A stretch of 47,141 nt of DNA from Candidatus Omnitrophota bacterium (GTDB taxonomy: Bacteria > Omnitrophota > Gorgyraeia > 2-01-FULL-45-10). Location: the NCBI GenBank assembly GCA_028748925.1, contig JAQTPE010000003.1:1-47141 (forward strand), in the 5' to 3' direction. The notes below the pieces were generated by a model. It saw only the letters and a list, made by a program, of their open reading frames with translations, did no database searches and was not told the origin of the DNA. Position numbers and translations under genes: made by a program. Shown one piece after another: positions 1-8,781 of this stretch (the stretch's first letter is position 1; every line of letters begins with the position of its first letter).

Positions 1-67
1 CCTAATATTGCGTTCTTCGTCACGGGCGCGGTAATACTTGTAGTTACTGCCAGGAGGTAAAAAGGTA

Positions 68-1018
68 ATGAGCGATATATACGACATCATAATAATAGGC
101 GGCGGGCCGGCCGGACTTACGGCGGGAATCTACTCTGCGCGCGCCAGAATGAAGACGCTCCTGCTGGAAAAGATGATGTGCGGCGGACAAGTGCTTACCG
201 CCGACCTGATAGAGAACTTTCCGGGGTTTCCGTCCGGCACGAAGGGCCCGGAGCTTGCCGACCTCATGCTTAAGCAGGCCGAGGCAGTTGGCCTTGAAAT
301 ATCCACCTGCGACGTAAAGAAAATAACATTAAAGAAGAGCGAAAAAGACCCTTTTATAATCGAGACGGCCGAAGGCGACATATTTAAATCTCTTTCCATA
401 ATAATATCTACGGGCGCGAATTGGAATGCTTTGGGAGTACCCGGCGAGGATAGGCTAAGGGGCAGGGGCGTCTCTTATTGCGCGACCTGCGACGGCCCGC
501 TCTTCAGGAATAAAGATATAGCGGTTGTGGGCGGGGGCGACACCGCTTTAGGCGACGCAATATTTCTGACGCGTTTCGCGAATAAAGTGACGGTGATCCA
601 CAGGCGGGATAAGTTAAGGGCCGCCCGGATAATACAGGAGAGGGCCCTTATGAACAAAAAAATAGAGCTCTGCCTGAAATCTGTTGTCACTGAAATAATC
701 GGCAATATCAGGGTTGAAAGAATAAAAGTAAAAAACGTGGCCACGAATGAGGAAAAAACAATAAAGGCGGACGGGGTATTTGTGCTTATAGGGTTATCCC
801 CGAATTCAGGCATATTCAAAGGACTGCTTGATCTTGACGAAAAGGGGTATATAAGGTCCGGTGAGGATATGAGTACATCGGTTAATGGGATATTCGCGTG
901 CGGGGATGTCAGAAAGAAGCCCTTAAGGCAGATAGTAACAGCCGCCGGTGAGGGGGCTACGGCCGCTGTCAGTGCCGAACAATACGTCGAGAGGCTTAAG
1001 GGTACCGCATATGAATAG
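68..1018 (+). CDS. trxB: thioredoxin-disulfide reductase
   Basis: 316 aa; N-terminal GGGPAG FAD motif, redox-active CATCDG, second GGGDTA NADPH motif; AGGAGG about 10 nt upstream of ATG. Confidence 0.92.
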   Translation: MSDIYDIIIIGGGPAGLTAGIYSARARMKTLLLEKMMCGGQVLTADLIENFPGFPSGTKGPELADLMLKQAEAVGLEISTCDVKKITLKKSEKDPFIIETAEGDIFKSLSIIISTGANWNALGVPGEDRLRGRGVSYCATCDGPLFRNKDIAVVGGGDTALGDAIFLTRFANKVTVIHRRDKLRAARIIQERALMNKKIELCLKSVVTEIIGNIRVERIKVKNVATNEEKTIKADGVFVLIGLSPNSGIFKGLLDLDEKGYIRSGEDMSTSVNGIFACGDVRKKPLRQIVTAAGEGATAAVSAEQYVERLKGTAYE

Positions 1019-1020
1019 TA

Positions 1021-1049
1021 TTGACTAAGCTATTATTTCATGTTAATTT
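1021..1049 (+). promoter_or_regulatory. sigma70-like promoter candidate upstream of tRNA-Phe
   Basis: TTGACT (1021-1026), 17-nt spacer, TAATTT (1044-1049); by eye only. Confidence 0.35.
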
Positions 1050-1123
1050 ATAAATCCTGCAAAGATAGAATAGACGCTTCGGCGGATTCGCCGGCACGTT
1101 AAAGTTGTATATAGATAGATTAT

Positions 1124-1198
1124 GCCGAGGTAGCTCAGTGGTAGAGCGCCGCGCTGAAAACGCGGGCGTGGGCAGTCCGATTCTGCCCCTCGGCACCA
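1124..1198 (+). tRNA. tRNA-Phe (anticodon GAA), CCA encoded
   Basis: Hand-folded cloverleaf: acceptor GCCGAGG/CCTCGGC, D stem GCTC/GAGC, anticodon stem CCGCG/CGCGG with loop CTGAAAA, T stem GGCAG/CTGCC; T loop TCCGATT is non-canonical at position 55. Confidence 0.9.
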
Positions 1199-1231
1199 TC
1201 CGCCTTCGCATTCAAGGCGAAATAAAAAATA

Positions 1232-1284
1232 GGGACTGTCCCAAAAGCGTGTACAGGGCGTTGACCGGGACTGTCCCATTTTTT
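1232..1284 (+). terminator. intrinsic terminator candidate after tRNA-Phe
   Basis: Two copies of near-palindrome GGGACTGTCCC (1232-1242, 1267-1277) can pair with each other (5+5 bp, central mismatch), followed by a T6 run. Confidence 0.45.
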
Positions 1285-1367
1285 ATTATATACGGCACGT
1301 TGTGCCGTCTTTTGCGATTTCGCATATCTTTAAATTATTTTTGTTTCATATGGTATAATTAACATGT

Positions 1368-2552
1368 ATGGAAGACAAGATAATAACTTTAAGAACCGGG
1401 AAGAAGGGCAAACTGAAGCCCGGACATCCCTGGATATTTAAGGGGCAGACCTTAAAAACCCCTCCCGGCATAAGGCCCGGCGATATAGTGACTATAGTTA
1501 ACGGTAGAGGCGAATTCACCGGCCGGGGTTACTATAATCCTGCCTCAGAGATCACCATCCGGCTCTTCACCTTTGATGATGAACCTATAGACGGGGCTTT
1601 TCTCCGGAATAGAATAGAAAGCGCTATAGCGAAGAGAGACTTCTTGTCCGGGCTCACCAATGCCGCGCGTCTGGTATTCAGCGAGGCGGACGGCCTGCCG
1701 GGGCTTATCGTAGATCGATACAACGAAACTATCGTATTCCAGGTATTCACTCTCGGCATCGAGCGCATGAAAGAGGGCCTGATTAAAATACTTGCGGATA
1801 TAGTGAATCCTAAATACATATATGAGAAGAGCGATTCGCCTTTCAGGAAGAAGGAGGGGCTCAAGACCATAAAGAAGTGGTGGCTCTACGAAGGTAAAAC
1901 GGATATAGAGATATATGAGGGCGATGCGAAATTCATAGTGGATATAGATAATGGGCATAAGACGGGATTCTATCTCGATCAGCGCAGATCGAGACTTGCC
2001 TTAAAAGATATCTCAACCGGCAAGTCGGTCCTCGACCTCTTCTGCTATACGGGAGGGTTTTCCATAAATGCCGCATTAGGGCTGGCCAAAAGAGTGGTGG
2101 GGGTGGATATAAAACAGAAGTGGCTTTCCCTGGCGCGTAAGAACGCGGAGATTAACGGCGTATCGGATGTGATTGAACATAGAGAAGGCGATGTATTTAA
2201 AATATTGAAGGATATTTGTGATTCCGGAGAAAAATTTGATATTATAGTGCTTGATCCCCCTTCATTCGCCAAAGATAAAAGGTCCATAATAACCGCGGCG
2301 AAGGGTTATAAAGAACTGAATACGCTTGCCATGAGAGCTCTTATCGACGGCGGGGTATTGTGCACATTTTCATGCTCTCATAGCATGTCGAATGAAATAT
2401 TTTCCGATATGATAAAGGCGTCGGCCTCCCAGGCCCGTAAAAGCTTAATGATCTTAAAGAGATGTCACCAGGATAAAGATCATCCTATAGTCAGGTCGAT
2501 ACCCCAGACTGAGTATTTAAAAGGACGCTTTCTTAAGGTAAATTCCATATGA
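1368..2552 (+). CDS. rlmI: class I SAM-dependent rRNA methyltransferase, RlmI-like (PUA + methyltransferase)
   Basis: 394 aa; N-terminal PUA-like region (KPGHPWIFKG), SAM motif I VLDLFCYTGGFS, motif IV IIVLDPPSF; length matches RlmI/YccW family. Confidence 0.75.
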   Translation: MEDKIITLRTGKKGKLKPGHPWIFKGQTLKTPPGIRPGDIVTIVNGRGEFTGRGYYNPASEITIRLFTFDDEPIDGAFLRNRIESAIAKRDFLSGLTNAARLVFSEADGLPGLIVDRYNETIVFQVFTLGIERMKEGLIKILADIVNPKYIYEKSDSPFRKKEGLKTIKKWWLYEGKTDIEIYEGDAKFIVDIDNGHKTGFYLDQRRSRLALKDISTGKSVLDLFCYTGGFSINAALGLAKRVVGVDIKQKWLSLARKNAEINGVSDVIEHREGDVFKILKDICDSGEKFDIIVLDPPSFAKDKRSIITAAKGYKELNTLAMRALIDGGVLCTFSCSHSMSNEIFSDMIKASASQARKSLMILKRCHQDKDHPIVRSIPQTEYLKGRFLKVNSI

Positions 2553-2568
2553 TTAACGCGGATAATAG

Positions 2569-3663
2569 ATGAGCAGTTCGAGTGGAGGTATCCTGAAAAA
2601 TTGTTTTTTAGCGATCATAGGCGTTATATCGGCGCTGCTTATAATGGAAGCCGGAGTCAGGATCAGGCAGTATGTGAAATACGGCACAGCCGCATCTTAT
2701 GCCGGAGGGCATATGGAAAAAGACCCCGGCTCCGGTCTGAATATACCCAGTCCGGGAACAGAAACAAGATCCTTAAAGATAAATTCACGTTCTTTTCGAG
2801 GGCCGGAACCGGAAGATCCTAAACCGGCAGATAGAATACGCATAGCTTTTCTGGGATCGTCGACCACTTTTTGCGCGGAAGTGAATGGTGAGGAGAAGAC
2901 CTGGCCGTATCTTGTATGGCGTGATCTTCAAAATGCATATCCGGGAATAAAAATGGATTATGTAAATGCGTCGGTGCCCGGATATTTGGTCTGGAAGGAT
3001 GTTATCAATTTAGAAAGACGCGTCAAACCTCTCCGGCCGGATATAATCATCATCTATGAAGGGCCCAATGATTTAAGCTGGTGGGCGAATGCGCTTGCCG
3101 GGAAACAGGGCAAAGAGATTTATAAGAACGGGTGGCTGGAAAAATATTCGCTCGCTTATGATATAATCAAAAAGAATTTTGTTATTTTTATTACCCAGCA
3201 AAAAGCAAAATCGGAAAGAGAGAGATTAAAATTTAAACCGGGTGAACTATCGGTAAATTTTCGAAAAGAATTGGCAGGGTTGATAGACGCCGCTAAAAGA
3301 ACGGCTCCGGTAGTGGTTATAGCCACTATCTCCTACAAGATGAGGCGCGAACAAACGGATGATGAGAAGCTCAGGAACGCGAATACGGCGCTCTTCTATA
3401 TGCCGTCTATGGGCCTGTCCGGACTGCTCGACGCCCATGAAGAATATAACCGTGTTATCCGCGAAACGGCAAAAGAAAAAGGCGTTATACTGGTGGACAA
3501 AGAGCTCATGATCCCGGGTGAGGACGCTTACTTCGAGGACTCGATCCATTTTTCCGCCAAAGGATGTGAATTGATGGCAAAGAGAGTGGTAGATTCTCTG
3601 TCCGGATCCGCGGAATTTAAAGATTTTTTGCGTTCACGCGGGCAAAAACAGATTAACTCATGA
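2569..3663 (+). CDS. membrane-anchored SGNH/GDSL-type hydrolase family protein
   Basis: 364 aa; N-terminal hydrophobic anchor; block I-like IAFLGSSTT and block V-like DSIHFS (DxxH); 4-nt overlap with next gene. Confidence 0.55.
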   Translation: MSSSSGGILKNCFLAIIGVISALLIMEAGVRIRQYVKYGTAASYAGGHMEKDPGSGLNIPSPGTETRSLKINSRSFRGPEPEDPKPADRIRIAFLGSSTTFCAEVNGEEKTWPYLVWRDLQNAYPGIKMDYVNASVPGYLVWKDVINLERRVKPLRPDIIIIYEGPNDLSWWANALAGKQGKEIYKNGWLEKYSLAYDIIKKNFVIFITQQKAKSERERLKFKPGELSVNFRKELAGLIDAAKRTAPVVVIATISYKMRREQTDDEKLRNANTALFYMPSMGLSGLLDAHEEYNRVIRETAKEKGVILVDKELMIPGEDAYFEDSIHFSAKGCELMAKRVVDSLSGSAEFKDFLRSRGQKQINS

Positions 3664-5471
3664 AGATATTAGGTATCTCATCTTTTTATCACGATAGCGC
3701 GGCTTGCATAGTGAGCGACGGTGAAATCGTTGCCGCCGCGCAGGAGGAGCGCTTTACCCGGAAAAAACACGATGCGGGTTTCCCTGTAAACGCTATTAAC
3801 TATTGCCTTAAGGAAGCGGGCATAGGCGCAAAGGATTTGGATTTTATCGCATTTTATGATAAGCCTTTTATCAAGTTCGAGCGTATTTTAGAGACCTCTA
3901 TCAGTTATGCCCCGGCCGGAATAAGCCAATTTATACAGGCGATACCTGTCTGGCTGAAACAGAAGCTCTGGATCACCGAGATAATCAGGAAGGACCCGGG
4001 CTTTAACGGAAAGATCCTTTTTACCGAACATCATGAAGCGCATGCGGCGAGCGCCTTTTATCCCTCGCCTTTTCAGGAAGCCGCGTTTTTAACTGTAGAT
4101 GGAGTGGGCGAATGGGAGACGGCCAGTTTCGGCGTCGGCAAAGATAATGGTTTGGATATTCGGCAGTATCTCCGGTTCCCGAATTCTTTAGGCCTGTTAT
4201 ATTCGGCGTTTACATATTACACGGGTTTCAGGGTGAATTCCGGAGAGTATAAACTCATGGGATTGGCCCCTTATGGCAGGCCCATATATAAAGATATCAT
4301 CCTTAATGAGCTGATCGACCTGAAGGACGACGGTTCTTTTAAGATGAATATGAAATATTTCGGGTTTTGCGATAGCCTGCGTATGACGAATTCGCGTTTT
4401 AACCGCCTGTTTGGTTTCCCGCTCAGAAAGCCGGAGACGAAGATAACCCAAAATTATATGGATATGGCCGCCTCTATCCAGGAGGTCACGGAGGAGATCA
4501 TGCTTAAGATGGCTCTGCATATTCATAAGGTTACAGGCCAGGATAAGCTATGTCTTGCGGGGGGCGTGGCCTTAAATTGCGTGGGCAACGGCCGCATCTT
4601 GCGGGAGGGCCCGTTTAAAGATATCTGGATACAGCCTGCCGGCGGGGACGCGGGCGGCGCTTTAGGCGCCGCGCTTTTGATCTGGCATAAATATCTGGGG
4701 AATAAGCGCAATGCGGATGGGGTAAATGATTCGCAGAGAGCTTCATTATTGGGCCCGTCTTATAGCGATGATTATATAGAAGCGTTCTTGAAGAAAGAGA
4801 GTATTCCTTACAGGCGCTTAAGTTATAGTGATATTGTAAATGAAGTTTCGGACCTCATCATGGGCGGTAAGGTTATCGGATGGTTCCAGGGCAGGATAGA
4901 ATTTGGGCCGCGGGCACTGGGTTCGAGGAGCATTATCGGCGACGCGCGCAATCCGGATATGCAATCGAAGATGAACCTTAAGATAAAATACCGCGAATCT
5001 TTTCGTCCGTTTGCCCCGACTGTTCTGAAAGAGAAAGCTCCGGAGTGGTTTGAATTAGACAGGGAAAGCCCCTATATGCTTTTGGTAGCGCCTGTAAAAG
5101 ACGATAAAAGGTCCGGGGTTTCCGATGGAGATTCTATAGGATTTGAGAAGCTGAAAAGAGCGCGTTCGCTTATCCCCGCAGTTACCCATGTGGATTATTC
5201 CGCCCGTATCCAGACGGTGAAAAAGTCCGATAATCCGCTCTATTATGATATGATCCGGTCGTTTTCCGATAAGACAGGCTGTCCCGTTATAATAAATACA
5301 TCTTTTAACGTAAGGGGAGAGCCGTTGGTCTTAAGACCCGAAGACGCTTACAGATGTTTTATGCGCACGGAGATGGATTATTTAATGCTCGGGAGCTTCC
5401 TGCTTGACAAGAAGGACCAGTCTCCCGTCGAAAAGGATGTAAACTGGCAAAAGGAATTTGAATTGGACTAA
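3660..5471 (+). CDS. carbamoyltransferase (NodU/CmcH/SxtI family)
   Basis: 603 aa; ILGISSFYHDSAA N-terminus, HHEAHAASAF, C-terminal INTSFNVRGEP, all typical of this family. Confidence 0.9.
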   Translation: MKILGISSFYHDSAACIVSDGEIVAAAQEERFTRKKHDAGFPVNAINYCLKEAGIGAKDLDFIAFYDKPFIKFERILETSISYAPAGISQFIQAIPVWLKQKLWITEIIRKDPGFNGKILFTEHHEAHAASAFYPSPFQEAAFLTVDGVGEWETASFGVGKDNGLDIRQYLRFPNSLGLLYSAFTYYTGFRVNSGEYKLMGLAPYGRPIYKDIILNELIDLKDDGSFKMNMKYFGFCDSLRMTNSRFNRLFGFPLRKPETKITQNYMDMAASIQEVTEEIMLKMALHIHKVTGQDKLCLAGGVALNCVGNGRILREGPFKDIWIQPAGGDAGGALGAALLIWHKYLGNKRNADGVNDSQRASLLGPSYSDDYIEAFLKKESIPYRRLSYSDIVNEVSDLIMGGKVIGWFQGRIEFGPRALGSRSIIGDARNPDMQSKMNLKIKYRESFRPFAPTVLKEKAPEWFELDRESPYMLLVAPVKDDKRSGVSDGDSIGFEKLKRARSLIPAVTHVDYSARIQTVKKSDNPLYYDMIRSFSDKTGCPVIINTSFNVRGEPLVLRPEDAYRCFMRTEMDYLMLGSFLLDKKDQSPVEKDVNWQKEFELD

Positions 5472-5472
5472 G

Positions 5473-5871
5473 ATGGAAAGACTCGATCCGGGAAAGAAGA
5501 CGTTAAAAAAGTTTGGAGTGACTATGGGGATAGCCTTCTTAGTCATCTCGGGCCTCTTTCTTTTTCGCCAGAAACATACCGTTGCCGTATATGGTTTAGC
5601 GGTCTCCTGCGCGTTTTTTATAACGGGATCGCTTCTACCCGCCTTATTAAAACCGGTCTATATAATCTGGATGCGGTTCGCCTTTATTTTAGGATGGATC
5701 AACACGAGAATAATTTTGATCGTTATCTTTTATCTCGTCTTTACACCCGTAGGTCTGTTGATGCGGTTATTGCGGATCGATCCTTTGAAGAGAAGAGGCA
5801 AGTGCGCTACGTATTGGGAAGAAAAAGAAAAAATAGATTTTAATATTTCGAATTACGAAAGGAGATTTTAG
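5473..5871 (+). CDS. SxtJ-like small membrane protein
   Basis: 132 aa from ATG 5473 (track ORF opens at TTG 5458); several hydrophobic helices; sits directly downstream of a carbamoyltransferase as SxtJ-family genes do; recognised from memory, not searched. Confidence 0.5.
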   Translation: MERLDPGKKTLKKFGVTMGIAFLVISGLFLFRQKHTVAVYGLAVSCAFFITGSLLPALLKPVYIIWMRFAFILGWINTRIILIVIFYLVFTPVGLLMRLLRIDPLKRRGKCATYWEEKEKIDFNISNYERRF

Positions 5872-5875
5872 GTCT

Positions 5876-6034
5876 ATGGGCAAATTAAGCATATTGAAGG
5901 AATTCTGGGATTTTTTAAGAGTAAGAAAGAAGTGGTGGCTGGCTCCCATAATCATAATGCTTTTATTGCTCGGAGCTTTAATATTCTTTACTCAAAGCAG
6001 TGCCGTCGCGCCTTTTATCTATACGTTATTTTAG
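5876..6034 (+). CDS. DUF5989-like 52-aa membrane protein (below the ORF-track cutoff)
   Basis: MGKLSILKEFWDFLRVRKKWWLAPIIIMLLLLGALIFFTQSSAVAPFIYTLF; GGAG 8 nt upstream; the KEFW..L..RKK.WL.PI and APFIYTLF ends match my recollection of the DUF5989 family found after SxtJ genes. Confidence 0.65.
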   Translation: MGKLSILKEFWDFLRVRKKWWLAPIIIMLLLLGALIFFTQSSAVAPFIYTLF

Positions 6035-6050
6035 GAGACAGTTTCCTTAT

Positions 6051-6329
6051 ATGAAGAAGATCATCGTTTTATCGCTTCTCTTATCTATCGCCACACCCTC
6101 TTACGCGATGAATATCGTTGAAAAGATGCTTTACAAACCCGTTGTTCTGCGGAATAATAGCGGTGTCACCGTCCTGGTGAATCGCGTAACGGGAAGGGTT
6201 GTTTACGTAATGAGCGGCGGGCAATATGTAGTTATACCGGACGTATATAAGGATCAATTCCAGGCGGTATATGACGCCCAGGAGCGGCAAGATCTTATAC
6301 CGGCCGGAAAACAGCGCGGAAGGCTTTAA
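6051..6329 (+). CDS. hypothetical small exported protein
   Basis: 92 aa from ATG 6051 (MKKIIVLSLLLSIATPSYA signal-like N-terminus); track ORF begins upstream at 6000. Confidence 0.45.
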   Translation: MKKIIVLSLLLSIATPSYAMNIVEKMLYKPVVLRNNSGVTVLVNRVTGRVVYVMSGGQYVVIPDVYKDQFQAVYDAQERQDLIPAGKQRGRL

Positions 6330-7157
6330 ATGATCACCATCGAGATCGATAAAAAGATATGCAATGGCGACGGAAAATGCGTAGAGATATGTCCGATACA
6401 TATCTTGAAGATGAATGAAAAAAAACGCATACCGGAATATATACCCGGCGGCGGGGATCTGTGCATTAATTGCGGCCAATGTTTCGCGTTCTGCCCGCCC
6501 GGTGCCATAAAGCTGTCCACGATGAGCGTGGAAGATTCCATGCCGTTAGATCATTCTAAACTACCGGGCGCGGAGCAGGTTGAGTTGTTTCTAAAAGGAA
6601 GGCGATCTGTGCGATTATATAAAGATACGCCGGTATCAAAAGAGTCGATAGATAAGCTTCTCGATATTGCCAGATACGCTCCGTCTGGGATCAACCGGCA
6701 GCCGGTCAACTGGGCGGTTGTTATGGGCAAAGACAAAGTCCGCGAACTGGGAGGCTTGGTTTCAAAATGGATGGAAGAACTCTTGAGCCAAAAGTCTCCA
6801 TTGGCGGAATCGCTCCATTTCGATCGCCTGGTCGAGTCCTGGAACAAGGGCGAAGACACGATATGCCGGGGTGCGCCCTGCATTGTCGTCGCCTATGGCC
6901 TCAAAGACGATCCTATGGTTCCGCAGTCATGCACGATCGCGGCGACATATCTTGAACTCGCGGCATTCGGTCTCGGATTCGGCGCATGCTGGGCAGGGTA
7001 TGTGAATATAGCGATCAATATGTCGGAGAGCGTGAGGAAATTTGCCGGTATGTCATCCCGCGCGACGGCAGGGGCTGTTATGATGATCGGATACCCGAAG
7101 TATCGTTATAGCCGGATACCTTCGCGCAATCCAGTCAGTGTAAGAATAAAAGATTAG
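6330..7157 (+). CDS. nitroreductase family protein with N-terminal 2x[4Fe-4S]-type ferredoxin domain
   Basis: 275 aa; CNGDGKCVEICP (CxxDxxCxxxCP, Asp replaces the second Cys) and canonical CINCGQCFAFCP, followed by a nitroreductase fold (RRSVRLY, PSGINRQP). Confidence 0.8.
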   Translation: MITIEIDKKICNGDGKCVEICPIHILKMNEKKRIPEYIPGGGDLCINCGQCFAFCPPGAIKLSTMSVEDSMPLDHSKLPGAEQVELFLKGRRSVRLYKDTPVSKESIDKLLDIARYAPSGINRQPVNWAVVMGKDKVRELGGLVSKWMEELLSQKSPLAESLHFDRLVESWNKGEDTICRGAPCIVVAYGLKDDPMVPQSCTIAATYLELAAFGLGFGACWAGYVNIAINMSESVRKFAGMSSRATAGAVMMIGYPKYRYSRIPSRNPVSVRIKD

Positions 7158-7218
7158 TGGCGCACCCTTGAATAGAGCGCCGCTATAAAGCTTTATATCA
7201 TGGAAGGGCAATTTTCTT

Positions 7219-7764
7219 ATGCGTAAATCAATCGATCTGAATATCGCGTACAGGCTTATAGGTTCCGGCCCGCTGGTGCTGGTGAGCTCGCTTTTGGATG
7301 GCAGGGCCGGGCTTACTCCTATAGCCTGGAACATGCCCGTATCGGATGAACCGCCGATAATTGCTTTGGAGATATGGGAAAAACACTTTATCTATAAAGC
7401 GATCCTGGAGACCGGTGATTTTGTAGTCAATATACCTTCCAGCGATATGGCAGAAACATGCAGGAAGCTCGGGAGCGTTTCAGGCGCAAAGGTGGATAAA
7501 TTCGGAGAGTTTGGTCTCGTGAAAGAAGAATCGAAAAAGATCAAATCCCCGCGTCTCGGATCTGCCATAGGCGTCCTGGAATGTAAGCTGCGCAGAGAGA
7601 AGGCCATTTTAGAAAAGTATAATATAGTGCTCGGAGATGTCGTATACGCTGAAGCTGAAGAGAGCGTATTTACCGACAGATGGGTCATCGAATCCGATGG
7701 GCCGCGCATCATGCATCACCTGGGCGGTAAACTGTTCTATGCTCCGGATAGAAGGATAATTTAA
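7219..7764 (+). CDS. flavin reductase-like (FMN-binding split-barrel) protein
   Basis: 181 aa; LVLVSS..GRAGLTPIAWNMPVS..PPII and GDFVVNIPS resemble the flavin reductase-like domain. Confidence 0.75.
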   Translation: MRKSIDLNIAYRLIGSGPLVLVSSLLDGRAGLTPIAWNMPVSDEPPIIALEIWEKHFIYKAILETGDFVVNIPSSDMAETCRKLGSVSGAKVDKFGEFGLVKEESKKIKSPRLGSAIGVLECKLRREKAILEKYNIVLGDVVYAEAEESVFTDRWVIESDGPRIMHHLGGKLFYAPDRRII

Positions 7765-7849
7765 CCGCCGGCTCTGTTTAAAAGTTACAATTTTGCCAAA
7801 ACGGCGCCATTTTCGGACAGTATGGCGCGAATGGAATAAGGAGAAAAAG

Positions 7850-8185
7850 ATGCCGCTAAGAACCGGTATAGTTATTATCGCCGTAATGTTGATGATGGCA
7901 GGAACAGCCATGCATTCTTATTCCGAAGATAGTTCCGGAGAAAATAGAACTATGACTATGCAAGGTAACGTCACCGCCATAGACTGGGTAGGTTCGGTTC
8001 TTACGGTAAACGATATGGTATTTTTCGTTCCATCGAATGTTAAAGTTGTGAAAGGGACCGATAGGATAAATTTTTCCGCTATTAATACAGGTGACAGCGT
8101 AAAGGTCACATATAGCAGAGAAAAGGATGGATCATTAAGGGTGTCCGATATCATTGTAGCCTATTCCGGCAGCTTTCCTGTTTAA
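7850..8185 (+). CDS. hypothetical exported protein
   Basis: 111 aa from ATG 7850 with AAGGAG 6 nt upstream; N-terminal hydrophobic signal; beta-rich C-terminus. Confidence 0.5.
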   Translation: MPLRTGIVIIAVMLMMAGTAMHSYSEDSSGENRTMTMQGNVTAIDWVGSVLTVNDMVFFVPSNVKVVKGTDRINFSAINTGDSVKVTYSREKDGSLRVSDIIVAYSGSFPV

Positions 8186-8225
8186 GATATCACCGTATAG
8201 ACCATCGCCTGTCGTCCGAAACGAA

Positions 8226-8254
8226 TTTACACCTGCCGTAAAATCTGTTATAAT
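8226..8254 (+). promoter_or_regulatory. sigma70-like promoter of the CxxC gene
   Basis: TTTACA (8226-8231), 17-nt spacer, TATAAT (8249-8254); part of a 38-nt block repeated at 14866-14903. Confidence 0.5.
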
Positions 8255-8282
8255 CGCGTAAAAACAGGGGAAAAGGAGTACT

Positions 8283-8750
8283 ATGAAAAAACATAAGAAG
8301 AGCAAAGATACGGGGGTCTCATCAATGATAGAACAGGACGTTGTCGGACTTTTGACGACGCTAGTCCAGAAACTTACATCTTTCGAAGCGAAGATCGATA
8401 TGGTCTATAGTAAACTGCAGGCGGCGCCTGTCGCTATGCAGCAGCAAAGACAGCCAATGCCGGTTCAGGCGCCGCAGGCACGGATCGACTCCAGGCCGAT
8501 GCATAAGGCGATATGCGCGGATTGTCACAAGGAATGCGAGGTGCCGTTCAGGCCGAGCGCGGACAGGCCTGTTTACTGCAAGAAGTGTTACGCGATGCGC
8601 AAGAATAACAGCGGCTTCAAGACGCATGGAAACGTAAGACAGACGAATCGGCCGACCGCGTCCCAGATCCCCGAAAAGCCGCAGGTTCCGGAGCCTGCGA
8701 AAGCCGTGAAACCTGCTAAGAAGAAACGTACAGCCAGGAAGAAGAAATAG
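8283..8750 (+). CDS. CxxC-x17-CxxC domain protein with Lys-rich tail
   Basis: 155 aa; CADC-(17 residues)-CKKC counted directly; C-terminal KPAKKKRTARKKK. Confidence 0.65.
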   Translation: MKKHKKSKDTGVSSMIEQDVVGLLTTLVQKLTSFEAKIDMVYSKLQAAPVAMQQQRQPMPVQAPQARIDSRPMHKAICADCHKECEVPFRPSADRPVYCKKCYAMRKNNSGFKTHGNVRQTNRPTASQIPEKPQVPEPAKAVKPAKKKRTARKKK

Positions 8751-8781
8751 CCGGCAGGGTTTCGTAAAATGAGGTGAAGCC

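Noticed and set aside
1043-1362. 78-aa (minus) and 85-aa (plus) ORFs
   Set aside because: They overlap tRNA-Phe and its terminator, so they are not credible as coding.
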